Origin: Candidatus Multivoradales bacterium | GTDB taxonomy: Bacteria > Acidobacteriota > Thermoanaerobaculia > Multivoradales > JAHEKO01 | Direction of reading: 5' to 3' | Length of the DNA stretch: 64,000 nucleotides | NCBI GenBank assembly: GCA_965248055.1 | Contig: CBDFIJ010000004.1 | Location: 2,232,777-2,296,776 of the forward strand | Part shown: piece after piece, positions 56,131-64,000 of the stretch | Layout of the letters: each line of letters opens with the position of its first letter | Numbering within the stretch: position 1 is the stretch's first letter | Translations under genes and position numbers: made by a program | Notes under the pieces: generated by a model | Database searches by the model: none | What the model was told of the DNA's origin: nothing | What the model saw: the letters and a program-made list of their open reading frames with translations, nothing else

Positions 56131-56358
56131 TCACTGAGCCAAGCGTTGGAGCATGTCCCCATAGGTCGGGCGTAGTTGGTCGATCACCTCATCGACCTTG
56201 TCTTTTCCCACCCCGACATGGATTGGCGTAACAACCAGTGAGTTTCCATGCACGGTGATCTGAAGTTGAGTATCACTGTCGATTCCCAAAGCCTCCATCA
56301 ACGGTTTTTCAATGACCAGGGCTTGGCTGTTTCCGTGTTTCTTAAGAGTCTTGACCAT
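56131..56358 (-). CDS. AbrB/MazE/SpoVT-type antitoxin, partner of Doc.
   Basis: 75 aa. MVKTLKKHGNSQALVIEKPLMEALGIDSDTQLQITVHGNSLVVTP swapped-hairpin fold signature. Confidence 0.7.
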   Translation of the reverse strand: MVKTLKKHGNSQALVIEKPLMEALGIDSDTQLQITVHGNSLVVTPIHVGVGKDKVDEVIDQLRPTYGDMLQRLAQ

Positions 56359-56529
56359 AGCGGCACCTCAGGATGACGAAGATCAATGTTATAACAAAGT
56401 TAGAACGCGATGTAAATAAGGCGTTGTGCCCCAGTGATGTAACCGAATCCCCCTGGCTTGCATCTAGCAAGGTGAAGGATGTCAATAATCGACGTCCAGT
56501 CCGACATGACGATGCAAGGAGACTTGAGA

Positions 56530-56985
56530 ATGAAACACGCAAGAATATGGCTAACCACCGGCTTCGCCCTGTTGATCGCAACAACCGCCGCGGCGCACCC
56601 GCGTGACGCGGGGGATTCGGTGGAGAACGGGGGTCACTTCGGGGAACAGCGGATGGAGCGCCACCTGGATCGGATGGTCGAGGCATTGGAGCTGGACGAC
56701 GGTCAAAAGGCGCAAGTAGAAGTGATTCTCACTGAATCACGCGACCGCCATGCTGCCCGACGAGAAGGGGCTCAAGCTAAACAAGAGATGCTGCAATCTT
56801 TACTCGATTCCAATTCTCCAGACCCGGCTGAGGTGGGAGCGTTGATGATTGAAATACATCAATCGAGACAACAGATGAGCGCTGAACGCGAGCAAGTTCA
56901 CGCCGAGATCTCGGCCCTTTTGACACCCGACCAGTTGCAGCGATTGGATGCGGTGAAAGAGATGCGCTCAGAGGAGAACGAATAA
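56530..56985 (+). CDS. Spy/CpxP-family (LTXXQ) periplasmic chaperone-like protein, copy 1.
   Basis: Signal MKHARIWLTTGFALLIATTAAA. LTPDQLQRLDA (LTXXQ). RBS AGGAGA. Confidence 0.65.
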   Translation: MKHARIWLTTGFALLIATTAAAHPRDAGDSVENGGHFGEQRMERHLDRMVEALELDDGQKAQVEVILTESRDRHAARREGAQAKQEMLQSLLDSNSPDPAEVGALMIEIHQSRQQMSAEREQVHAEISALLTPDQLQRLDAVKEMRSEENE

Positions 56986-56986
56986 G

Positions 56987-57013
56987 GGGACACAATAAGA
57001 GTATTGTGTCCCT
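56987..57013. repeat. Hairpin gggacacaat-aagag-tattgtgtccc, sharing its stem with the palindrome at 55685-55700.
   Basis: Seen directly. Immediately after the Spy copy-1 stop. No T-tract. Confidence 0.7.
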
Positions 57014-57060
57014 CGCTACGACAAAACCTCCAGCCGTGCGGATGACTGGTGAGCGGTCTT

Positions 57061-57528
57061 CTATTCGTCTTCGGCCGATTGTCCTTCGATTAGTCGAAGG
57101 ACGCGGGCGTCCTCCTGGTGGCGCGGGTGATCGATCCGGCTCTTGATGTCCAGCAAACTTGTGCGGTCGATCCAGTTAGTCTCCACCTGTCCGTAGTTGT
57201 CGCGGACGCGCGACGCCCACGCCTGCGAGAAGGTTGGGCCGCCCGCGCTCGCGGGATCTCGCAGCAGATCGATGCGGTTTGGGGCAACCCCAAGTTGGAG
57301 AATTTCGTCCCTGTTTGAGTTCTTGAGAAGGTAAGGACTGCCGAATTCTGCAAGAGCTTTGTTTGCTTTATCGACGTTGACGAAAGAGGGATCAACCCAA
57401 AGGTCCATGTCTTTGGTGTAACGCGGTTTCGCGTGGTAAATGAAGGCGAGCCCGCCAATGATTAGATAGCGGACTCCGAATTGCTCGAACAGGTCGAGAA
57501 GGTCCTCAAAGTCCTGGATGGATTCCAT
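57061..57528 (-). CDS. Minimal nucleotidyltransferase-fold protein, putative toxin or antitoxin of a type II/VII TA pair.
   Basis: VRYLIIGGLAFIYHAKPRYTKDMDLWVDPS contains the NTase G[GS]...D.D signature. 155 aa. Confidence 0.45.
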   Translation of the reverse strand: MESIQDFEDLLDLFEQFGVRYLIIGGLAFIYHAKPRYTKDMDLWVDPSFVNVDKANKALAEFGSPYLLKNSNRDEILQLGVAPNRIDLLRDPASAGGPTFSQAWASRVRDNYGQVETNWIDRTSLLDIKSRIDHPRHQEDARVLRLIEGQSAEDE

Positions 57529-57529
57529 A

Positions 57530-57763
57530 CTAGCGATTCTGGTGTTCGCTGACTGCTTTGCGGTTGCTGATTGCTTCCACGTCGCGATGGATCGATACTA
57601 GAGCCGACAACCTTTCTTGCGGGGTGCAACTCTGCCAGAACTCCAGATCCCAAAGCTCAGCCTCTTCAAAGCTTGAAGAACTGTGGCCAACAATCCGTTC
57701 TCGGCGGCTGCGGCTTCGCTCAGAAAGTGTGGAGCACTGAGGAGGATCCCTATCTTCCAGCAT
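57530..57763 (-). CDS. Small 77-aa partner protein of the nucleotidyltransferase.
   Basis: Stop is 1 nt from the NTase start. No recognisable domain. Confidence 0.35.
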   Translation of the reverse strand: MLEDRDPPQCSTLSERSRSRRERIVGHSSSSFEEAELWDLEFWQSCTPQERLSALVSIHRDVEAISNRKAVSEHQNR

Positions 57764-58425
57764 TTCCCCATTCTATCGTGAACCTAGAGCCAGATTGGAG
57801 TTGGTGCCCCCTTCCTGCTCTTGGTTCTCGGCCAGCCTCCTTTGTTATCGAGAGTCGGGTTCAAAGGCAATTTGTTCGGCTGTCGGCACGATCGAAAAAG
57901 GAGGATGAAGATTGCTGCACCGGCTGAAGATGGAGACGCAGAACCGCAGCCTAGAGCGGAAATCACTGGGTACTTCGCTGCCATTGTTGGGCTGAAGAGA
58001 CCGAGTACGGGGACGGGTCGAAAATCTAATTGACTTGCCTGAAAACCCCTTGGGAAGCTCTTGGCGGAGTCAGAAGAATATGCCCGACACTGTTCAGTTG
58101 CTAAGAGAAGCACGGAACGCAAATGAATGGCACTTTGAGGGCTCTCGAAAAGGGGTTGAACGACACGGACGCCTCGGTGAGTTCGTACGCCAGATCCATG
58201 CTCAAGGGTCTAGCGGGTGATTCTCACGCGTTGGCAATGGTCGATGTCCGTGGCGAGTCAGTTCCGTAGGTGCGAATCCGCCCCTCAACTGCAGCAGTGC
58301 AGAGTGTCCAATCGGGAGCAGCTCTGTCTCTAATGTAACCGAATCCCCTTGGCTTGCATCTAGCAAGGTGAAGGATGTCAATAATCGATGTCCAGTCCGA
58401 CATGACGATGCAAGGAGACTTGAGA

Positions 58426-58938
58426 ATGAAACACGCAAGAATATGGCTAACCACCGGCTTCGCCCTGCTGATCGCAACAACCGCCGCGGCGCACCCGCGT
58501 GACGCGGGGGACTCGGCGGAAAACGTGGGTCACTTCGGGGAACAGCGGATGGAGCGCCACCTGGATCGGATGGTTGAGGTATTGGAGCTGGATGAAGGTC
58601 AAAAGGCGCAAGTAGAAGCAATTCTTACTGAATCGCATGAGCGCCACGCTACGCGGCGAGAAGGAGCTCAAGCCAAACACGAGCAACTGAGGTCTTTGCT
58701 CGATTCCAATTCTCCAGACCCGGCTGAGGTGGGAGCGTTGATGATTGAAATGCATCAATCGAGACAACAGATGAGTGCTGAACGCGAGCAAGTTCACGCC
58801 GAGATCTCGGCCCTTTTGACACCCGACCAGTTGCAGCGATTGGATGCGGTGAAAGAGATGCGCTCTGAGGGGACCGGCCGGCGACACAAACGCCGCGAGC
58901 ACCGCGGCAAGCGACTTCACCAACGGCGTGGACACTAG
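58426..58938 (+). CDS. Spy/CpxP-family (LTXXQ) periplasmic protein, copy 2, with a divergent basic C-terminal tail.
   Basis: Identical leader and N-terminus to copy 1. C-terminal GTGRRHKRREHRGKRLHQRRGH differs from copy 1. Confidence 0.65.
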   Translation: MKHARIWLTTGFALLIATTAAAHPRDAGDSAENVGHFGEQRMERHLDRMVEVLELDEGQKAQVEAILTESHERHATRREGAQAKHEQLRSLLDSNSPDPAEVGALMIEMHQSRQQMSAEREQVHAEISALLTPDQLQRLDAVKEMRSEGTGRRHKRREHRGKRLHQRRGH

Positions 58939-59088
58939 GGCTTGTTAGCGCTTGTCAGATTGCTGCGACGGTGGTCCATTTTGTTCAATGCGAAGAACGA
59001 CAAGCGCAATGTATTCTATGTACTTCAGTGAGAAGAGACGAAGCAGTGTCCAAAATGGGACCCGTCCCAAGGCGTAGGCTTATTCACC

Positions 59089-59679
59089 ATGGACGTACAA
59101 CTCGTGATCACCAAGCCGTGGCTTCTTTTCGCCGCTCGGGATGTCGAAAAGGACGCAGATACCGAATGGGTCCAAGCGGCTCAGGCTGGGGATCGCGACG
59201 CCTTCGAATACCTGGTGACCAAGTACCAGCGAAGAGTCTTTCAACTCTCCGGTCGCTTCTTTCGCCGACCCGAGGACGTTGAGGAGGCGGCACAAGAGAC
59301 CTTCTTGACCGCTTGGCGCAAGCTGGATCGTTATTCTCGACGCGCCCCGTTTGAGCATTGGTTAACACGGGTTTGTCTAAACACCTCATTGGGCATCTTA
59401 CGCCGACAGAAGAAGACGGAGCCGCTTCCGATGGAGATCGTTGCGCGGTCGCCCGGTATCGAAGTACGCATCGAAGCGAGCCAGATGATTGCACGCCTGG
59501 CTCCTGCCGACGCAATGGTTTTGCGCTTGTTGCACGCCGAAGGATGGACCGTAGCTGAGATCGCACACCGACTGGGGTGGACCCAAGCCAACGTTAAAGT
59601 ACGCGCACATCGGGCGCGGGCCAAGCTTCGTAAGTGGGCCGAAGAGGAAAATTCGAGCACCGGAGGCCACAATGTTTAG
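59089..59679 (+). CDS. ECF (sigma-70 family, group 4) RNA polymerase sigma factor.
   Basis: Region 2 FEYLVTKYQRRVFQLSGRFF..EDVEEAAQETFLTAWRKLDRY. Region 4 HTH ...GWTVAEIAHRLGWTQANVKVRAHRARAKLR. Confidence 0.8.
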   Translation: MDVQLVITKPWLLFAARDVEKDADTEWVQAAQAGDRDAFEYLVTKYQRRVFQLSGRFFRRPEDVEEAAQETFLTAWRKLDRYSRRAPFEHWLTRVCLNTSLGILRRQKKTEPLPMEIVARSPGIEVRIEASQMIARLAPADAMVLRLLHAEGWTVAEIAHRLGWTQANVKVRAHRARAKLRKWAEEENSSTGGHNV

Positions 59680-60052
59680 CCGAGTCCAGGTCAAAGACGA
59701 GTGCAGGCAATTTCGTCAGCACCTTGTGGCGGGCAAGCCTGGGAATCGCCACCTTGCCGACTGTCCTCGATGCGGGATTATTGCTCAGCGTTGGCAACAA
59801 ATAGAGCAGGTCTTAAGCGAAGATTCCAAGGTAGGCCCAGCGCCCGGTTTTGCCGGTCGAGTATGCCGGCGACTGGATGGTCGACCTCATCCGGTGGTCG
59901 CGATCGCCCTACGAGTGGTCCCCGCGACCCTGGCCACGGTGGTCGCATTGACCCTGTGGTTGGCCTATCAGGGCGCACTCACCAACGATGGTTCAACTGC
60001 AGCGGTGGATGACTATGTTGCCTGGGTCATGGAGGCGGTGGACGATGAGTAA
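59672..60052 (+). CDS. Anti-sigma factor (zf-HC2-like, single TM).
   Basis: CRQFRQHL...H.ADCPRCG zinc-finger-like N-terminus, then a TM segment. Overlaps the sigma gene stop. Confidence 0.6.
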   Translation: MFSRVQVKDECRQFRQHLVAGKPGNRHLADCPRCGIIAQRWQQIEQVLSEDSKVGPAPGFAGRVCRRLDGRPHPVVAIALRVVPATLATVVALTLWLAYQGALTNDGSTAAVDDYVAWVMEAVDDE

Positions 60053-60491
60053 ATGGCTCGCGGGCGGAGTCGTACTGTTGGTTTTTCTCTCGGGACTTGG
60101 GGTTGGATCGTTGGGAACCCTTGCCTTTCAGCACCACTCTCCCGGAGGCCGTTTTCCTGGGCACCGGTTTTCTGGAAGCGGGATGGTCGATCAGGATCAC
60201 CGGGAACATTCGGCACCAAGGCTGCTCGATCAGCGCTTCATCCGCAGTTTAAACCTCTCGAAGGACCAAGCCGATCAACTAGAAGCTCTTCATCGGCAAA
60301 TCGAAGAAAAGATGGCTAAAGTCCGGCCCCGGGTTCGCAGCGAGGTCGAAGGTCTTCGGTCCTCGCACCTCAATGAAGTGCGTACGATTCTCGACGAACA
60401 GCAGAGAGAACACTTCGACCGGATGATCGCCCGACGAGAGCGCAGGCATCGGCAACGGATGCGACGCCCCCCTGCTGAGATATCCGAATAG
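60045..60491 (+). CDS. Periplasmic LTXXQ-motif (CpxP-like) protein, third gene of the ECF operon.
   Basis: RBS GGAGG. Signal/TM MSKWLAGGVVLLVFLSGLGVG. LNLSKDQADQLEAL, EQQREHFDRM. Confidence 0.55.
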   Translation: MSKWLAGGVVLLVFLSGLGVGSLGTLAFQHHSPGGRFPGHRFSGSGMVDQDHREHSAPRLLDQRFIRSLNLSKDQADQLEALHRQIEEKMAKVRPRVRSEVEGLRSSHLNEVRTILDEQQREHFDRMIARRERRHRQRMRRPPAEISE

Positions 60492-60500
60492 CGTTACGAT

Positions 60501-61781
60501 CTAAGCGTGGCGCACCCAGCGCCACAGCTCGGCAAAGGTGGGTTTCTTGCCGTACATCAGGATTCCGGTGCGGTAGACCTTGGCGGCGACCGAGATCATC
60601 AAGAACATGAACGCGGTGGTCAGCAAGTAGCTGAGAGCGATCTGCCACGCGGGTGGTGTCTTGACGGCAATACGCATCACCATTACCAGCGGGGAAAACA
60701 TCGGGATCAGCGACATGATGACCGATAGTTTGGAGTCAGGGTCATTGATAATCGGAGACAATGCCAGCATTGGCATGATCAGGAATGCGATCCCGAAAAC
60801 GGCCATCTGCTGAGCTTCTTGTACGTTGTTAAATGCGGCGCCGAGAGTGGCGTAGAAAGCGGCATAGATACCGAATCCCAAAAGGAAGAATCCTAGGAAA
60901 TGAAAGACCACGGACAGCGGCAAGCTCGGAAGCTCGATGCCCTCAGGCAGCATCGTACTGGCCGCAAACAAGCCCGGAGTTAGGCCGACAAACGCGGCAG
61001 TTAGCCAAACCACCATCTGGGTCAAAGCAGCGCCACAGATGCCGATCAGCTTGCCCAACATCAACTCGGTGGACGACACTGCCGACAGCATCACTTCAAC
61101 AACCCGACTCGACTTTTCCTCAAGCACGCCGTTAAGAACCGCTTGGCCGTACATGATGATGCCCATGTACAGGGACAAGATGAGGAACAAAGCGAGCAAG
61201 AATGCCGCTCCACCGCCTTTCGAAGTGTCTCCGTCTGCGCCAACTTGCACTGGATTGAGGCTGACTCCCTGAGTGAGGTTGGCAACCTCGTCGGGGTCGA
61301 AGCCGGCGCGAACGAGACGAAGTTGACGGAGCGTTCGATTGAGGGCTCTTCGCAAAACACTTTGGGTGAGTACGTTGGCGGTGCTTTCCGCGTGGTAGTC
61401 CACGCTCTCAGTCGTGAGTGGGTCCTTCCCCAGCCAAATCCAAGCGTCGATTTCCCCTTCCAAGAGGCGTGCATCCAGGTCGGACCGCATCGCCTCAACA
61501 TCGGCCCCGAGCGGTTGGTGGACTAAGTTGAATTGAATTCCTCCACCTGAGGATTCGGAGGCAGGAAATAATTCCGCAGAAAGATCCGCGAAAAGTTCGG
61601 CATCACCACCAGCAACCACTAGTTCTTGTACTGCACTGGCACGATCGGCAAGCAAGGAGGGGAGGAACATCATTACTAACATCAGCACCGGCATCAGCAG
61701 AGTGGCGATCCAAAAGGCTTTTGACTTCAGGCGTGCGAGGTATTCTCGCGAAGCAACGATCAGTGCTTTCTCAATGCGCAT
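60501..61781 (-). CDS. ABC-2 family transporter permease.
   Basis: N-terminal TM, a large extracytoplasmic loop, then 5 C-terminal TM segments. Overlaps the ATPase gene. Confidence 0.7.
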   Translation of the reverse strand: MRIEKALIVASREYLARLKSKAFWIATLLMPVLMLVMMFLPSLLADRASAVQELVVAGGDAELFADLSAELFPASESSGGGIQFNLVHQPLGADVEAMRSDLDARLLEGEIDAWIWLGKDPLTTESVDYHAESTANVLTQSVLRRALNRTLRQLRLVRAGFDPDEVANLTQGVSLNPVQVGADGDTSKGGGAAFLLALFLILSLYMGIIMYGQAVLNGVLEEKSSRVVEVMLSAVSSTELMLGKLIGICGAALTQMVVWLTAAFVGLTPGLFAASTMLPEGIELPSLPLSVVFHFLGFFLLGFGIYAAFYATLGAAFNNVQEAQQMAVFGIAFLIMPMLALSPIINDPDSKLSVIMSLIPMFSPLVMVMRIAVKTPPAWQIALSYLLTTAFMFLMISVAAKVYRTGILMYGKKPTFAELWRWVRHA

Positions 61782-62673
61782 CGCGAATCGTCCTCACGAA
61801 TATTTCTTCGAGGTCAACGGAAGATCGGGTGAACTCTGCAATCTGGTACACAGAGGTGGCCGCGGCCAAAAAGTGAGCGGGGTCGGTCCCTGGAAGCAGC
61901 TGTAGCCGTAGGTGCCCATCGAGTTCCACAACCTCGTCGACTTCTTCCATTGCGCGAAGGTCCTCGATGGATCCGGTTCCTTGCACACGATAGCCGTGAT
62001 CGCCGAAGTTAGCTTTGATCGAGCCTAATTCCCCTTGTAATACCACTTTTCCCATAGAGATCAAGGCGATGTGGTCGCACAGTTTTTCGGCCTGTTCCAT
62101 GACGTGAGTCGAAAACAGAATGGTTTTGCCGAGGCGTTTGTAGTCGGCGAGGGTATCCTTGAACAACCCTTGATTGATCGGGTCGAGGCCAGAAAAAGGT
62201 TCATCGAGGATGACCAGCTCAGGATCATGCAGCAAGGTGCCGGCGAGTTGGATTTTTTGCTGCTGCCCTTTGGACAGTTCTTCGACTTTGCGTGCTGCCC
62301 GGTCGGCCAATTCCATGCGCTCCAACCACTCCATCGCGCGGGTCGATGCGACTGCCTTTTTGAGCCCGTGAATCTTGCCCAAGAACACCAGGTGTTCGAG
62401 CACCGTCATCTTGCGATAGAGCCCACGTTCCTCAGGTAGATATCCGACTCGGTGCAAATCTTCAGCGGTGCGCGGTCGACCTCCAATCAAGACCTTTCCG
62501 GAATCAGGACCAATTATGTCCATGATCATCCGAATCGTGGTGGTCTTACCAGCGCCATTGGGGCCTAGCAGGCCAAAGATAGACCCGGAAGGGACCGAGA
62601 GAGACAATTTGTCGACGGCGACGAAGTCACCGTAGTTCTTGCATACTTCCTGCAAGTCGAGACTTGTGTTCAT
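61771..62673 (-). CDS. ABC transporter ATP-binding protein.
   Basis: Walker A GPNGAGKTT. Signature LSKGQQQKIQLA. Walker B LILDEPFSGLD. Confidence 0.9.
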   Translation of the reverse strand: MNTSLDLQEVCKNYGDFVAVDKLSLSVPSGSIFGLLGPNGAGKTTTIRMIMDIIGPDSGKVLIGGRPRTAEDLHRVGYLPEERGLYRKMTVLEHLVFLGKIHGLKKAVASTRAMEWLERMELADRAARKVEELSKGQQQKIQLAGTLLHDPELVILDEPFSGLDPINQGLFKDTLADYKRLGKTILFSTHVMEQAEKLCDHIALISMGKVVLQGELGSIKANFGDHGYRVQGTGSIEDLRAMEEVDEVVELDGHLRLQLLPGTDPAHFLAAATSVYQIAEFTRSSVDLEEIFVRTIRDAH

Positions 62674-62718
62674 GATTGGCGTGATTTTTCGTTAAGGTCG
62701 CGTACCGGTAGAAGTACG

Positions 62719-64000
62719 TATGTTGAGAAGCAAGGTTAACAGCATCTTGGGCATCTTCGGATTGGCATGTCCGGCGATTCTCTGCGCCCAGGTGAGCGGA
62801 GTGGTGGTCGACGCCAACCAGCGGCCAGTGACCGAAGTGGAGGTGATCGGTTCAGACGGAAACAGCGAAGAACGGCGGCTGTCGGGTGAAGGGGGTATCT
62901 TTAAGATCGAACTTTCGCCTCCACTGCAACTGATCGCGCGCAAACTGGGGTTTGGTGAGGTGGAAGTCGCGGTAACCGCGGGAACCAGCGAAGTGCGTAT
63001 GCAGTTACCGCTGGCGCCTTATGTCGATGAATTGGTGGTCGCGGCAAAAGACGACAGTTTGGGGATTCCGCGCACCGCCTCTTTAGCTACGATTACACCG
63101 GGCGAGGGTGCTGCCGGGACTTCGATCACTGATTTGGTATCCCATTTACCCTCGGTATCGCAAAATGGCCAAGGCGGTCTGTTCCAGGTGTTCTCAATCC
63201 GCGGACTTTCCCGTCATCGAGTGCTGACCTTGATGGACGGAGTGCGCATTGTTTCGGATCGGCGGGCCGGGTCCTCGACCTCGTTTGCCGATCCACACCT
63301 AATCGACGGGGTTGAAGTTCTGCGTGGACCGGCGTCCAGTCGCTTCGGTTCCGGCGCGCTGGGCGGCGTGGTGCAGTTGGTACCGAGAACCAACCACGAG
63401 CTGAGGGCGCATGCCAATTGGCAATCCCAAGGCAGTCAAACCGCACTCGGGATCGGTTGGGGTGATCAAAGCACTAGTTTGGATCTGGCCTACCGACGTT
63501 CCGGCAATACTGAGACTCCGGAGCGAGAGACTCTGTTCTCTCAATATCGGCAGACCTCCTTGCTGGCCGGCCATCGCTGGGGGACAACTGAAAGGAACTA
63601 TCGCGTACGCTTGATGGGCTCATCGGGTCGGAACATCGGCAAAGTGTCAACCGATTTTCCCAGTCGCATCACCAGATATCCAGAGGAAACTCATTGGCTC
63701 GGGCGATTTGTCGCGTCTAGCGCCAGAAACTCCTGGTCGATCGCTGTACATCCGAGCGTGTTGCGCACCGAAGTGGTTGATGCGCAGTTGAGCCAAGTGG
63801 TCAACAGAGCTGCCGATGGGTCGCTGAGTTGGAACCGGACCGAGGGGACCGAGCGCGGTCGATATTTGTGGGGCGCCGACCTCTTTGTACGAAACGGTGT
63901 TCGAGCGTCCGAAACGCTAGCCGGGGTGACTACGACAACCTTGGATGGTGGGCAACTCGAAGCCTCGGGCTATGCAACCTGGGAGCGGCCAACAGAGAAG
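62719..64000 (+). CDS. TonB-dependent receptor, 3'-partial (runs off the window end).
   Basis: ATG at 62719. Signal-like MLRSKVNSILGIFGLACPAILCAQ. CarboxypepD_reg-like N-domain. Plug motif VLRGPASSRFGSGALGGVVQL. No stop before 64000. Confidence 0.6.

Noticed and set aside
56342-56686. Minus-strand ORFs 56342-56686 and 58202-58621, antisense to the duplicated Spy genes
   Set aside because: They exist twice only because the region is duplicated. The Arg/Pro-rich translations are typical of antisense frames.
1-64000. CRISPR arrays, rRNA genes
   Set aside because: No regularly spaced short direct repeats and no rRNA-like conserved blocks were seen anywhere in the window.

Overview
This is a high-GC (~58-60%) bacterial chromosomal segment rich in accessory genes. 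The organism cannot be identified from the sequence alone. The window starts inside an IS3-family insertion sequence (IS). Its first ~24.5 kb lies between two near-identical, directly oriented copies of that IS: nt 1-146 at the window start and the full element at 24577-26124. A third, more divergent IS3-family copy sits at 51309-52904. Its insertion into the signal-peptide codons of a TonB-dependent receptor gene can be reconstructed at the nucleotide level.

The segment between the two IS copies contains:
- an RHS-core polymorphic-toxin module, with a candidate immunity gene whose 3' end is clipped by the IS;
- a YD-repeat/PKD/Ig protein that is 5'-truncated, carries a ~1 kb internal tandem duplication, and abuts older IS481/IS3-like and IS256 transposase fragments;
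- two tandem Oar-like TonB-dependent outer-membrane proteins;
- a TPR lipoprotein with a CRTAC1/ASPIC-UnbV protein;
- a metal-homeostasis cluster of a ZIP transporter, a Tat-exported two-domain multicopper oxidase and a DtxR-family repressor;
- a fusion of a DCC thiol-oxidoreductase domain to an MBOAT-like membrane acyltransferase.

A mobile-element scar at 22.1-26.4 kb holds a winged-helix (HTH) protein, a serine-recombinase pseudogene and an IS5-family transposase interrupted by the IS3 element.

The most unusual region is 26.4-30.4 kb. Two ~155-bp direct repeats bracket an operon encoding a 746-aa secreted protein built from multiple carboxypeptidase-regulatory-like domains, plus a Cys-rich 121-aa secreted protein. 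The second repeat is followed by a 71-codon mini-ORF that encodes essentially only a sortase sorting signal (LPLTA, a TM helix, then an Arg-rich tail). Its stop codon overlaps the start of a frameshifted class-GN-like sortase gene.

Downstream genes include:
- NfeD-flotillin, with an in-frame (GACATG)4 repeat in NfeD;
- a signal-peptide-bearing truncated hemoglobin;
- an arginine-related permease paired with a DDAH-like enzyme;
- a threonine/serine exporter (ThrE)-family exporter;
- a cluster of secreted zinc peptidases (M1-like, M3, two M48 paralogs);
- a ba3-type heme-copper oxidase with cytochrome c;
- a tyrosine phosphatase;
- two toxin-antitoxin modules (an AbrB-type antitoxin with Doc, and a minimal nucleotidyltransferase pair) lying between the two copies of a ~540-bp direct duplication that each carry a Spy/CpxP (LTXXQ) chaperone gene;
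- an ECF sigma / anti-sigma / LTXXQ-protein operon;
- an ABC-2 exporter;
- a partial TonB-dependent receptor at the window end.

No rRNA, convincing tRNA or CRISPR array was found.
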